From positions 68,076,001 through 68,140,000 of the forward strand of contig NC_083230.1 in NCBI RefSeq assembly GCF_032191835.1: DNA of 64,000 nucleotides. Reading direction: 5' to 3'. Positions within the stretch are counted from its first letter, which is position 1, and each line of letters begins with the position of its first letter. A program made the translations under genes and the position numbers. The notes below the pieces were generated by a model. That model saw nothing but the letters and a program-made list of their open reading frames with translations. It was not told the origin of the DNA and made no database searches. Source of the stretch: Heteronotia binoei. Its lineage: Eukaryota. This document shows positions 51,393 to 64,000 of this stretch, in pieces.

Positions 51393-52564
51393 AATCAAGG
51401 AGACAAAACTATAGAAAATATATACAATTTATTTACAGAAAAAAGGGGGGAAAGGAACATAAAAAGGAATATAAAAACAAACTAAAATTAACACAGTATG
51501 TAGAGAGGAACACAGAAACAAAACCTATGGCAATTAGCCAATCTTTCTCTACACTGGACTGTGCAAACTACTTTGGCTAGTTACCTAAGCCTACTTGATG
51601 CACTAATAGTCAGGCCCACAACAACGACAGACGTCTTGATGTCCCATCTTCCTTGTTTTTATCATCAGTGTTGTTCATATCCTGATCATCCTGGATATGG
51701 TTGTAATGTTGGTGGGCACCTAGCCTGAATATATTGTGAATGACTAATTGGCTACCCTGTCACTGACATGATCTAATTAAAGAGCTATCATCTAGCTCTG
51801 GATTGAGATGCTGAAGTCTCAAAGCTGGATCAAAAGAATCTACCTGTCAACTTGGTCTGAATCTACAGGTGTGACAAATTACCTCTAGATTTAATTAGGT
51901 AATTGTCTATTATCTCAGCTATGCATTAGTGCAAATCCTGGTAACATTTACAAACAAAGACACTGAATGACATAAACACTTACATACATTACAAATTACA
52001 AGCCAGTTTCTTGACAATGGGCTACTAGCCTGATCCAACATGACTTCTCTTATGTTCTGAAGATGAGCCAATCAGGAGCTTTTGCTGTGTATAACTGAGG
52101 ATGTGTGATCCAGTTAAGTTCATCTGGCAATTATGTTTGCATACCTAAATCATTGTACAATCCGATGAGTGTACTTCAGTATCCTCTGTGACATTGCAGG
52201 TCAGATGTTGTTCCACTAGCAATTTTAAAAGTATTGTAACATTATAACTTGCTTTATAACTTATCTATAAAGCAACCAATTGCTTTATAACTTATCTATT
52301 TAGAAAATTTGTACTCTGCCTTTCTCCCCACCAGGGCAACAAAATGGCTGTTAAAACAATCAATATAGATATGCATCATAAAAATAACACTAAAACTAAA
52401 ACATTTGTAAAAGCATAAGTAGTAATTAAAACATAACTTCCTTTGTTGCTGGTGTAATGCAGAATTTGTTGTTGCTGTTGCTGCTGCTGTTGAACTGGAA
52501 GCCCTGCATTGCCTTCCATGAAGATAGTTTCAGAGTGTAGTTGTGTTGGTCTGCAGTAGTTTTA

Positions 52565-52730
52565 AGTCCAGTAGCACCCTGGAGACCAACAGCAGTTTCA
52601 GAGCATAATTTTCTGACAGTCAAAGCTTCATGTTTGACAAAAGGAGACTCCAGGTCCAATGAAGGAAGCTTTGACTTTTGGAGGCTTATACCCTGAAACT
52701 TTTGTTGGCCTCTGGAGTGCTGCTGGACAA
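52565..52730. mobile_element. Short palindromic Penelope-derived-type element
   Basis: Inverted arms gtccagtagcacc..agaccaaca..tttcaga..agtcaaagcttc / gaagctttgact..ctgaaac..tgttggcct..gtgctgctggac. Confidence 0.55.
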
Positions 52731-52740
52731 ACATATAACA

Positions 52741-53565
52741 CAGGGGTGTCAAACATGCAGCCCAGGGGCTGAATCAGGCCCCCAGAGGGCTCCTATCAGG
52801 CCTTCCTATCAAAGCCTCTATTTTCTCCACTGGCTGAGACTCTTCCCTTGGAGAGTATTGTATAGTGGGTTCTATGCATCAATGAGTCGAGGTATGAGTG
52901 GTAACAAGCTCTTTATTAGGTACAGCATAGTATATGGCTGTTTTATCAAGACTGCCGGTAGGCCAAGGGGGCAAACTTATATACATCTCTGGGTTCCTGC
53001 GCAAACACGTTATTGGGTCATTCAAACAAGTGGAGGCTTGTGACTGATCCTGGGTGGCAGGGATTTGGATCCTGCAGCCTATTGTTCCCAAGTCCCCAAG
53101 CTCTGTCCATATGGTTCCATTGAGCCAGGCAGGAACACCCAAAGTCTTCACTTGAGTCCCCATACATAACAGGGAGGAAGGGAGGGAAGGCTGGTTTATT
53201 TTGCCAGGCTCTCTCAATTGCCCAGCAGAACTAGTAAGCCAAGACTTTTTTCTTTCTATTGGCTGAGGCTCCTCCCCATCCTGGTCCCCTGGGGAAGGAA
53301 AGAAAGAGCCAGAGCTTCCTTTGCCCAGTTATCTGGATCCCATGGGAGAAATACAAAGAAGCACCTTTAAGACCAATGAGTGCTAATATTTTAAGCATGT
53401 TTTAAGCTTTTTTTTTAAAAAAAATATTTAATTGTGTTTGTCTGTGTCCTTTATAAAGTTTATATCTCTGCTACCTAATCTTAAGTAGATACACACATGG
53501 CCCACCCAACAAGATCTCATTTATGTCAGATCTGGCCCTCATAACAAATGAGTTTGACACCCCTG
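52741..53565. mobile_element. hAT MITE hosting a solo LTR
   Basis: TIRs caggggtgtcaaac / gtttgacacccctg; near-TSD atataaca / atctaaca. Confidence 0.88.
52859..53171 (-). mobile_element. Solo LTR
   Basis: Minus strand starts TGTTATG and ends TATACA, with TATATAA then AATAAA inside; TSD not clear. Confidence 0.55.
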
Positions 53566-54844
53566 ATCTAACAGTTAAAATGCAGTAAGTGTTTCAGAAA
53601 TACTGGTGAGGACCCACTGAAATAAATGGGATGTCTGTTGAAAGTGGTAAACCACTGCTTTTAGCTTTTACTAAGAGATAGTACATATGCATGATATTAA
53701 AAACCAACATTGTATAGACACAGGCATTTCAATTTTTTTGTAACCCTGTTATTTTTAAAGCTTTATATTAACTCTGATTCATAGAAAATGAATTTAGTGT
53801 AAGACATTCATTATTTTTATTTGATAGCTCCAAATCTGTAATTTTGCATGTACTTGCATTACAAATGGAAAGTATTAGCACATAATATCAGCATTACAAA
53901 ATTTGTGGTAATCTCATGCTTGTTTTTTATTCCTAAAAAGGAAGTGGTAGTTTGAGAGATTTACAGAGTGGTAGTCCTGGTACAACCTATTAACAGACCA
54001 CAAGAGGATTTATCTGATCCCTGGATCATTATTAAGGTAGTTCAAAAGAATTACTCATTGCATTGCGCTCCTTCTTGAAAATGTCCAGGGTTCATTAGCA
54101 TGCTCCCATTTTTCATAGCTTTTTAACATCTAGTTTCACAGTGATTGTAAAAAGAGGCTTTCTTGTTTGCTACTTTTTGAGAAAAACAAGGGCATGGAAA
54201 ACAAAAAAGAAAATGATTTTTGTAGAATATACTTTCAATATGACCAAGGTGGAAGAAATTCAGGAGGTGATTCAGCACACCCCACCCTCCCTAAAATATG
54301 CAGAACATGCAGAAAGGAACCTGGTGAGTGAGGGGTACAGGCAAGAAGAAAGAGAGGTTGAGATGAGGTGAATGATGGTCTAATAAAAACTGTACTTCTG
54401 GGATGTGCAGTTCAACATATGACCAAAGAATGGCTCAAGTTAAAAAACATTTTCAGTGTTCATATATTTTTTTTACAAAATTCTGAGATTTGGGAGGACA
54501 GATTTCCTGGGTACCAAAGCGGCTGAGAATTTCTACATCAGTGTATGTGTATTTATACATATACTGTATCAAAGTTCAGGGACAGGATCCAGCCAAAAGA
54601 CTTCCTACTGAACAAAATTGTCCCAGTCAGTGGTTTAATGGGCAGCATTACCTAGTTTCTACTAGTTGCTGCCCTGTCTCATTGATTAGGTGGCCAACTC
54701 CAGGTTACAAAATTCCTAGATATGTGTGCATAAAGGCTGGGGAGGGGAGGAATCTCAGTAGAGTATAATGCCATAAAATCTTTTACTGTCAAAGATGGGA
54801 GGTGCTTTCCCACTCAAACTGCTGATTTCGGGAGGGCTGTTGAA

Positions 54845-56712
54845 TGATCTGAGTCAGGTTGAGATGATGAGAGAGCAGGTCCTACAACTGATGGATAAAT
54901 TAAAAACTGACAAATCACTAGACTCAAATGGCATTCACCCAGAGCTCTGAAAGAACTCAAGTGTGAACTTGTGGACCTTTTGACAAAAATATCCAATCTA
55001 TTTTATTAAAATCTGCCCCCCCCCCATTCCCAAGCTAATGTAACCCTTATCTTTTAAAATGGTTGAGAGGTGATCTGGGAAATTACAATCTAACATTGAT
55101 ACCAGGTAAGTTGGTGGGATCCTTTATTAAACATAGAATTAGTAAGCACATTGATGAACGAAAGTTATTGAGGAAAATCAGGATGGATTCTGTAAGGGAA
55201 GATCTTGTCTCACTAAACTGTTACAGTTCTTTGAGGAGGTAAACAAGCATATGGACAAGGGTGACCCAATATATGTTGTTACCTAGACTACAGAAAGCTT
55301 TTAATACAATTCCTCATCAAAGGCTCCTAAGTAAACTCAGTAGTCATGGGATAAGAAGACAAGTCTTTTTGTGGATTAAAACTGATTAATTAACAGGAAA
55401 CAGTGAGTAAAAATTGGCAATTTTCACAGTGGAAGGGAGTAGGCAGTGAGGTACTGTGGGGCTTGGTATTAAGTTCAGTGCTTTTTTATCTTGTTCGTTA
55501 ATGATTTGAAGTTGGGAGTAAGCAATGAATTGGCTAAATTTGCAGATTACACTAAATTGTTCAGGGTAGTGAGAACCAGGGAGGATTATGAGGTGCTCAA
55601 GAGGGATCTGTCAATGCTAGGTGAGTGAGCATCAATGTGGCAAATGAGGTTCAGCATGGGCAAGTGCAAAGTAATGCACACTGGAGCAAAAAATCTGAAG
55701 AGGAGGGGGCGATTGAATTTATACACTGCCCTTCACTCAGAGTCTCAGAGCAATTTACAATCTCCTTTCCCTTCCCCTCCTCACAACAGACACCCTGTGA
55801 GGTAGGTGGGGCTGAGAGAGCTCTTTTGAGAATGGGTCTTTTGAGAACTGTGGCTGACCCAAGGTCACTCAGCAGGTGTCCAAACTGGCAGAGACTGACC
55901 AGGAGAGAGATCATGGAGTTGTGGTAGATAACTCACTGAGAATGTCAACTCAGTATGAGAAGGAATTTTTTAAAAAGGCAAATGCTATGCTGGGGATTAT
56001 TAGGAAGGAAATTGAAAACAAATCAACCAGTATCATAATGCCCCAGTACACGTCTTGTCATCGCACCTCAAAAAAGATATATAGCATTGAGAAAAGGGCA
56101 GAAGAGCTAAAAATATTAAGGGGATGGAACACTTGCCCTATGAAGAAAGGTTAAAGAGTTTAGGGCTCTTTAGCTTGGAGAAACAACAACTGAGGGGTGA
56201 CATGGAATACAGATGCTAGGGAAAGAAGTCCTTTTCTTCTATTCTCACAATATAAGAACTCATAGGCACCCAATAAAATTAATGAGCCTTTGGTTTAGAA
56301 CAGATAAAACTAAGTAGTTCTTTACCCTAAGAGTATTTAACATGGTAGCTACATGCATAGACAGCTTCAAGAGCGGATTAGATAAACATATGGAACAGAG
56401 ATCCACCAGTGGCTATCAACCACAAGCTGCCCTGAGCCCATTTTTGGAGTAGGGCATGGTATAAATTAAATAAATAAAATTAAATGAAGAAGATGATGAT
56501 ATGAAATGAAATGAAATGAAGGTTTAGATGGAACACTATGTCCGGGGCAGTGATGCTCTGTCTTCTTGATGCTTGGGGGCAACAGTGGGAAGACTTCTGG
56601 AGTCTGGCCCCACTGTTGGAACACCTGATGGCACCTAGTTTTTGGCCACTGTGTGACACGGAGTGTTGGACTGAATGGGCCATTGGTCTGATCCAACATG
56701 GCTTCTCTTACA
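54845..56712 (+). mobile_element. Older CR1 (RT to 3'UTR), interrupted by a SINE (~55695-55880, minus) and an L2 tail (~56425-56525)
   Basis: Degenerate DKLKTDKS..GIHP.LKELK, QKAFNTIPH, NAMLGIIRKEIENKS; CR1 3'UTR ends ggcttctctta at ~56710. Confidence 0.85.
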
Positions 56713-57098
56713 TTCTCCAGGGGAACTGATCTCTGTTTGGAGATGAGTTGTAAGTATGGGCCATCTGCAGTTATATCACAAAACTAGCAACCCATACCCA
56801 CTGACTTTGGGAAGACTTTTTGATTATATATAAACATGGATCTTGGTTGCCTGAACTACTCTGTTACCTGAAACTGCATACATACTAGGTATGAAAAAGA
56901 AAGGTATCATTTGTATCCGCTGACAAGCAGGTAAAGTAGATAGCTGAGCCCAACCCCAATGACTCTTCTCTCAAAGGCCAAAACAACCCTGAAAAGGGGT
57001 CTCCCCTCCGCTTTTTACTGGCAAATACCAAGCCTGTTGTGGCTACCAAGCAACAGTGACTGAGGGCAACCATTTCTTTAAACTACAGGTGCTCCTAT

Positions 57099-57426
57099 CA
57101 GGCCCGTAGCCCCAGCATTGAACTTGCTGAGCATGCTGGAAAGCCGGCGTATGAATCGCTGGCCTCGGAGCAGCTTTTCCCACCAGTCACATGACCACTG
57201 GGGCAGGGGGGACATCTTGAAAGAGCCCCTGAAGCCCACTCTTCCCTGTTTCACCGTGTTGCTGAGTTGGGATGGAGGTGCTGAGGGGGAGGTGCTGTGT
57301 GAGTGGGGTGGGGCCACCAGAGTGGCACAGAGATCAGGGCCAGAGTGGGGGCTGCCAGAGGGGGGCCCTCCATCCAAAATTTTTCCCGTGGGCCCCCCCA
57401 TCTGGCATTTCCTGGCTACAGGCCTG
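57099..57426. mobile_element. hAT MITE
   Basis: TIRs caggcccgtagcc / ggctacaggcctg; perfect TSD gctcctat (57091-57098, 57427-57434). Confidence 0.9.
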
Positions 57427-57897
57427 GCTCCTATCCTATATAGGACACACACATTTCAGCATTTTCTGCAAACTTGGGGCATTTTTCAGGTTCATAGGAA
57501 GGTGTGTCTCTTCTGCTCATGGGCCTGTCTCCAAATTTGTATCCCCAGATTTGGGTGAGTTGGCTACTGGAAAACAGATGATAACTCTGCTTAATACCGT
57601 GCTATTAATTGCTTCTAGAACTGAGGTGGTTTGAGTCCCATCTATTTGAAATTTGGGATGTAAGTACTTGGATAGAAATAGATGATAACTCTGCTTTAAG
57701 ATTGTACTATTAATTGTCTCTAGAACTGAGATGCTTTCTATCTATCTGAAGTCTGGGATGAGTGAGTGTTGCAGTTCCTGAGTACTTCATCCCACCCAGA
57801 TGAGGCAGGGGAAGTCACACCTGTATGTACGGTATTTCACACTTAAACTAGGGATCTACTAATATGCATTTATTTATTTATTTTTGTATGCTGTAAG

Positions 57898-58064
57898 CAG
57901 GGGCTGTTTTGTAGAAAAATAGGTGGTGGAGCTCATCCAGGGATTGTTATACAGTTGCACCTACTATTCAATGGACAAGGTAGGTAGGTGTAGAGGAGGA
58001 GGGGGAACCCTCAGAAAGGCTCAGGAGCTGCGCTCCTGTGAGCTTCTACTGAATTCAAGGCCTG
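57898..58064. mobile_element. hAT MITE
   Basis: cagggg...aaggcctg with perfect TSD gctgtaag; related truncated copy near 44442-44520. Confidence 0.85.
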
Positions 58065-59408
58065 GCTGTAAGCATTTCCATTTTGTTCATTTTGTTGCTA
58101 GTGTTTTCCACTTATATGGTTTGCACTATTTATATGTTATAAGCCATTTATATGCAATTCATTCAAGAATAATTTTAAAATGCATTAAATTTCACAGGAA
58201 CAAGAAAATAGGATGAAATAAAGACTCACAGGCCTATCATGCACGAGTGTTTTCTGTGCTTTTACTGTGCACATCTGATAGGTTTTCTTTGTTGTTCTGC
58301 ATTTATGTCCCTCCCTTCAATGCTCAGTTCACTTTCTGGTTACTGTTTTCTCCAGGTTTTTGTGCCAATTTCCCCTTGTTTCACTTCCAAGATGAAGGTA
58401 ATTCAGAAGTGTACAGATTCCATTGAATTCCCCCCCCCCCCCATCCTTTTGCTACTCCTCACAGGTCACTCCCCACTCACATTGAGGTCATTCCACCTAC
58501 TTTGCACCATCCACCGACCTCCCCCTTTCATTGGTGTACAAATTCCATTTTCCCCTCATTTCATGATTTGCTAGGAGAATGTTAGCACAGAGGTTGAAGT
58601 TTGTGAGGTGTTGGTTTCCTTTGCCATCCTTTGGAAGCTTATTGTTATTTTCCTTTTTCAGTTTTATTGTTTTTATCCCATTGTCTCTTATAGTATATAC
58701 AAATAGATAAATTATATTTTAATTTTTTTTGACAAGTGTCATGAGTGTAGTGATATTGCTAGTGTTGGATTGCTGAATAAATAAATTAAAATGATGGAAA
58801 AAAAGGTTAAAAGAAGCTGCACAAGGCTTAGTTCTCTGCTGGTATTGATTACTTCTTTTTTTCCTCCTTCTTATTATCTTGAAAGGGAAATTGGAGAGGA
58901 GGCAATGAGCAGTGTCCCCAGTGCAAAAAAAAAGGGGGGGGGGAATTTCGGTGCTGCATACAAACAAAATTGGGAGTGGGGGGGATGATGGGTCCAATGT
59001 TTACAGGACAGTAAGAGCAATACAAACTAGTGTGAGTTGAAAGAAGCCACAATTTTATTGTTCCTTTTCAGCAGATACCAGAAAGATTGGAAAAGCAAGA
59101 CATAAGGCATAACCATTCATTTTGATAGCTTCCTCTGCTCAAATGCATGTCTCCAGGTAATACTCATCAGCCTGATTTGCTGGGAGAATGTTAGGACAAA
59201 GGTTGAAGCAAGTTAGGTACTGGTTTCCTTTGCCATCCTTTGGGAGCTTAATGTTATTCTCCTTTCCAGTTTTATTGCTTTTTATCACATTGCCTCTTAT
59301 AGCATTCCCCTAAAGGGCATTTCTATTTTCCTCTTAAAAGACTGAAATTTGGTTTAACATTAAAACTCCAAGGTACTAGGTAGTCAGTGGTTTGCCTGGC
59401 TCTGCTAC

Positions 59409-60569
59409 TAGGGATGGGCATGAACCAGCTCATGAACTAAAGTTCATCATGGGTGCGTTCAGACGTACCATTAGTGGCGACACAGCTCCGTCTCGCTGAT
59501 GGATTAAATGTGTTCATTCAGACATCCACATCTGGCAATCGAGCGTCATCCAGGGTCATCCCAGCTTGCTGCGCCTCAATGCCGCATTAATTTGACAGCG
59601 CAGAAAGTCTGGCCCTTTTTCAAAACAGCTTTTTCCTGTTTGGACAGCTCACGCGCGATACTGCCCCTTGGAATGTTTACTGCCCCTCCCACTTTTTTTT
59701 TTTTTTAAAGCCCCAGCAGACATGCGCATTGCCAGATCATCCAGGAATCTGAGGTGACGCTTCTGCTTCTCCAATCAACACAGGATCGGGGGGGGGGGGG
59801 GGACATTCAGAACAGGGGAAAAAATCTTTTTTTTTTTCAATGTGGAGGATTTCCAGATATCATTGTCACTGCCAATGTCCAGGAAAGTAATTCCTGGCAG
59901 TTCCTTGGTTTGAATCGGCAACATTAATTCCAGAAACTTTCCCCCCTCCCCCCCGCCTCTGAAGCAATGTTTGATTTCCCACCTCCAAACAGTTGGGCGC
60001 ATGTTCAATGGACCCCCCCCCCCCCCCCCAGAAATCACCATCTGATCACACATGCTCCAAGAAAAGAGTGTGATAGTATTGGATGTCTGATCGCTCAACA
60101 ACAGAATGAGTCGCATTCTTGGATGCTCGTCTGAATGGCCCTGCATCGAATCAATATTCAGTGGTTCAAATTTGAGCGCTACACACCCGCTTTTAATGGT
60201 ACGTCTGACTGCACCCCTTGAATTTTGAATTGGTTCATGGTTTACAAAGTGATGCTCATGAATTGAAGAGCTGCCATGAACTTCCATTAATTTTAAGGCA
60301 GTTCATGGTGGTTTGTGAAGAGTAGAAAGTAAGGGTTTAAATTATTTTGAGCTCTTTAAACAGCTGCTTTCTGTTCCCCTCTGATCAGCTGTTTGGTTTA
60401 AATGGCTCAGAACCATTTAAGCCCCTGCTTTCTGCTCCTCACCAAAAGAAGCGGGGAACAGAAATCAGGAGTCATTAACTGATACAAACCAGTTAGTTAG
60501 TGAAGCAATGTATCAGTTTGTAGTTCAACCATGATTTGAACTGCAAATATGCAGTTTGTGCCCATCCTG
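59409..60569. mobile_element. hAT-like MITE (tagggatgggca...tgcccatcc) containing a nested TIR element
   Basis: Matching termini; internal sequence interrupted at 59451-60216. Confidence 0.6.
59451..60216. mobile_element. PIF/Harbinger-like non-autonomous element
   Basis: 23-bp TIRs gggtgcgttcagacgtaccatta / taatggtacgtctgactgcaccc (2 mismatches); 3-bp flanks cat / ctt. Confidence 0.7.
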
Positions 60570-62470
60570 CTCCACTACTAAACAGTCAGGATGTCTAATA
60601 GACCATCTTGCAATCATACTCAGTTACAGCCATAGGGAGGAGCCAGGAAGGAAGAGAGTATGCAAAGATGCCTGAGCCAATGCCCTCCTCAACACCATCC
60701 AGAGGGAGAGAGCTCAAACAGGGTGGGAAGGGGAAGGAGTATGGGGAAGATAAACAGATGGGTGTCAGCGATGGATGAGGACAAGGCTGGCAACAAATGG
60801 GCCAGGGGAAGGTGAATACAAGGCAGAACTCTGAGGATGGCAAGTGAGGAGATGATCTCTCTGGAAGCTCTAAGGCTGGCTGACTGGCAGTCTGTGAGAC
60901 CACTGAGGGAAGCCTGGGAAGAGGAGGGTTTGGGTAACAATAACCCCCTTCCTTCCAAAAAGAACAACTCTGAGGCCTGAGGAGGGTGGAGGGAAGGAGG
61001 AAAAGGTGAGTGGCACTTCCATTGCCACATGCTCAAGATTAATCTTTTCAGAAACCACATTTCTCCAAATCTCAACCATAACTGCTTTGTACCTGGGAAA
61101 TAATATCTAGATTTCTTGCAGAGGTTTCTTTTTCACATGAACCAATGTGATATCAATAGAATGTTGCCAGCTGAATGGTAAGATTTGTACATATTCCTCA
61201 CTTGCCTGCTCTCTTGGGTATACACCAGGTTTCCAATTCCCAGTTTCATCCTCTTGCCAGCCTCATGGATTGAACTGCTTCCAGAGGATGATGATATACT
61301 CACAAATCCATCTGAGGTTTGAGTGCCATGGTTGGTACCACAAATGAGACAGTATAGCTATGTATTAACAATACAGTCAAATTAGCAAGTTATGCTCCTA
61401 GCAAGTTATACTTCTTCTTATGGTGTCTCCTGTTAGAACTGCCTGTACAACAACAGCTTTCTTTAATAGGACTAGTCCTCTGGAACAACCTACTAGAATG
61501 GTTATGGGGGGGGGGATGGGGGAAGGGAAATGGCATGGATTGTGATGCTCTAGAAATGTCACCCAATTCCTTTGGTAATTTCTATAGAGATTGGGGTGTT
61601 CCTAGAACACCTCTCAGAAGTAACATCACATTCACTGACTCTCCACCCAGAAATGACATTGCATCCTTCATACTGCTCTAGGAATACATTTCCTCAAAAT
61701 TCTACCTTCACCAGTTTGCATCCAAAATGGTTATTCTACTGGCTGCAGTTGGTCTAGGTGTTCAATTCAGTTATTTTTCAGAAGGCATTTGGAGGAAGAA
61801 TTTAGGGATTTTTTTTTTAATTTGTGGGTTATTTTTATTTGTTAAATGGATTTATATGCTGTATATTGTGCAAATTGATTAGCAGCCGTCAGAACAGGAA
61901 ATAAGGCATCCTATAGATATCTAAAATAAATATATAACCCATCAGAGGGAACTTTCCTTGGTAAATAGACCAAAGGCACATCAGGAACTAATGACTGGTG
62001 TTCGTAGAAGTGGCAGTTGAAATGCTGTTGCTCGTTGGCCCTTCTGCCATCTGATGCCTTTTCAGATTTGAATAGTGACTTTGGCTATCATACAACCAAC
62101 TTTGATATCTCTCAGGGAAAGTCAGCAGAGCCCACAGTGCTGCTGCTGGGTTAACTAGAAGTGTATTGGCCAGGCCTGGCATATATGTATGTATGATAGC
62201 CAGTGAAATGCTAGATCATTAAGAGGACAGGACTGTATACAAAATGTTCCAAGCAGTGGGCCAGGCAGAAAGGACTTAACAGGAAAGTCAACTTGAGCAA
62301 GCATGGCATTAATCTGAGAGGTCCAGGTTCAGATCTCCACTCTGCCATGGAAATGGAACCTGAACCAATCATACTCTTCAGCTACCCTCTTCAGCTGTCC
62401 TAGACTATTTCACAGAGTTGTGGATACAGAATATAGGGTTATAGGATATAGGATATATAGCTGTGGATAT

Positions 62471-63285
62471 TAGGGTTGCCAATCCCCAGGTGGGGGCAGG
62501 GGATTCCCCGGTTTAGAGACCCTCCTCCTGCTTCAGGGTTGTCAGAAAGCAGGGGGAGGGGAGGGAAATGTCTGTTGGGAACTCTATTATTCCCTATGGA
62601 GATTTATTCCCATAGAAAAACATGGGGCGTTTTCGCACTGACCTTAATCAGCAGCGACGCCCCTCTTCACCGCACAGGATCGGCGCGGATTTCGCACTAA
62701 TTGCTGCGGAGCACCCGGAAGAGCCGGAAAGTCCCACGGCTTTTGCGGCACAAACGGAAACCGCCAAAAACCAGTTTCCATTTGCGCTGCAAAAGCCGCA
62801 GGACTTTCCGGCTCTTCTGGGTGCTCCGCGGCAATTAGTGCGAAATCCGCGCCGATCCTGCGCGGTGAAGAGGGGCGTCGCTGCTGATTAAGGTCAGTGC
62901 AAAAACGCCCATGGAGAATTGATCTGCGGGTATCTTGGGCTCTGGGGGTCTGTTTTTTGGGGTAGAGGCACCAAATTTTCAGTATAGCATCTAGTGTCTC
63001 TCCCCAAAATACCCCCTACATTTCAAAAAGATTGAACCAGGGGGTCCAATTTTATGAGCCCAAAAAGAAGGTGCCCCTATCCTTCATTTTTTCCTATGGA
63101 AGGAATTGAAAAGGTGTGCCGTCCCTTTAAATGTGATGGCCAGAACTCCCTTTGGAGTTCAATTATGCTTGTCACAGCCTTGATCTTGGCTCCACCCCTA
63201 ATGTCTCCTGGCTCCACACCCAAAGTCTCCAGGCTCCACCCCCAAAGTCCCCAGATATTTTTTTTAATTGGACTTGTCAACTCTA
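62471..63285. mobile_element. hAT MITE family B, intact with TSD, hosting a palindromic insert
   Basis: tagggttgcc...tgtcaactcta; perfect TSD gtggatat (62463-62470, 63286-63293). Confidence 0.9.
62625..62910. mobile_element. Palindromic PIF/Harbinger-like MITE (286 bp)
   Basis: Near-perfect inverted arms of >110 bp starting gggcgtttt; 3-bp TSD atg; empty site visible in the 11545 copy (aaataatggagaa). Confidence 0.82.
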
Positions 63286-63299
63286 GTGGATATCTGATA

Positions 63300-63590
63300 T
63301 AGGGTTGCCAGGTCTCCTGCTATGGTGGGAGACCTCTTGCTGCAACCCTTTTTATCTACCATTGTTCTGAGGGGTGGTGGGAGAAGGGTTTTTTTTTTTT
63401 TTAAATGATGGTGTTGCATACAGTGTGACATCACTTCTGGGGAAAACCTAGTAGTTTTCTGGCTGGAAATGACATGGCATTGCATGACATCATCCCCCCC
63501 ACCCCCCAGTTTCTTCCTGCCACTGGAAGGGGGATGGGGAGTGCCAGCTGAAGTTCCTTCACCAGAAATGAGCAACAGGCAACACCGTCT
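63300..63590. mobile_element. hAT MITE remnant
   Basis: tagggttgccaggtctcc start, tgacatcacttc internal motif; right end degenerate. Confidence 0.55.
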
Positions 63591-64000
63591 ATGAATGTGC
63601 AATCTGTACTTGTGTATGCTTTGTCCCTGTGATTACGAACTCTGCTTTTTCAGGGTTTATGATTATATGCCGAGAACCTAGACTCTGTGTCAACATTAGG
63701 GTGAATACATGTAGGAGTAAGATAGACCAGCAAGTAAGATCCCAATGTACATTTAATGTATGTGGTTCACTAGGTTACTAGTGAAAAAGGCCTTCATACC
63801 CCATACTAAACCAGCTACACGCTTCTGAATTCACTGAAGCCAATTCTATTTAGGCAGTAAAAGCCCGCCTAGGCCAGCTGTACTTCAAGTCAGCAAAATA
63901 TTTTCTAAATCCACTTTCATATTGTATAAGGGGCAGATGTTTAGGACCTAAGCTGCTGCCAAGTTACTGTGCTATTCAATATATTTTACTTTATGCCCAG

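Noticed and set aside
40500-64000. Decorin exons expected next in the cluster
   Set aside because: No DCN-like coding sequence recognised in this interval.

Overview
Vertebrate genomic DNA, almost certainly squamate and probably gecko (inferred from the BovB, Sauria-SINE, CR1, L2 and hAT-MITE repertoire). It covers part of the SLRP cluster on the minus strand. Keratocan (KERA) has its coding exon at 2413-1528 and a probable non-coding exon 1 near 3.9-4.0 kb; its last exon lies left of the window. Lumican (LUM) is complete: exon 1 ~40470-40349, exon 2 36750-35830, exon 3 from 23633, predicting 351 aa. Most other sequence is transposon-derived. Two structures stand out. (1) A 5.1-kb unit (6943-12074) has hAT-type termini and a perfect 8-bp target-site duplication. 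It carries what looks like the genomic first coding exon of CEP164 with its splice donor and a GC-rich upstream region, later split by a long L2 LINE: a Pack-type gene-fragment capture by a DNA transposon. (2) A ~5.6-kb tyrosine-recombinase retrotransposon (Ngaro-like; gag, RT/RNaseH, YR, SGNH hydrolase) sits in LUM intron 2. Its hydrolase ORF has its own splice acceptor in phase with a gag donor, and it shares unusual termini with a short non-autonomous relative that hosts the captured unit. All homology calls are from memory of the families, not database searches.
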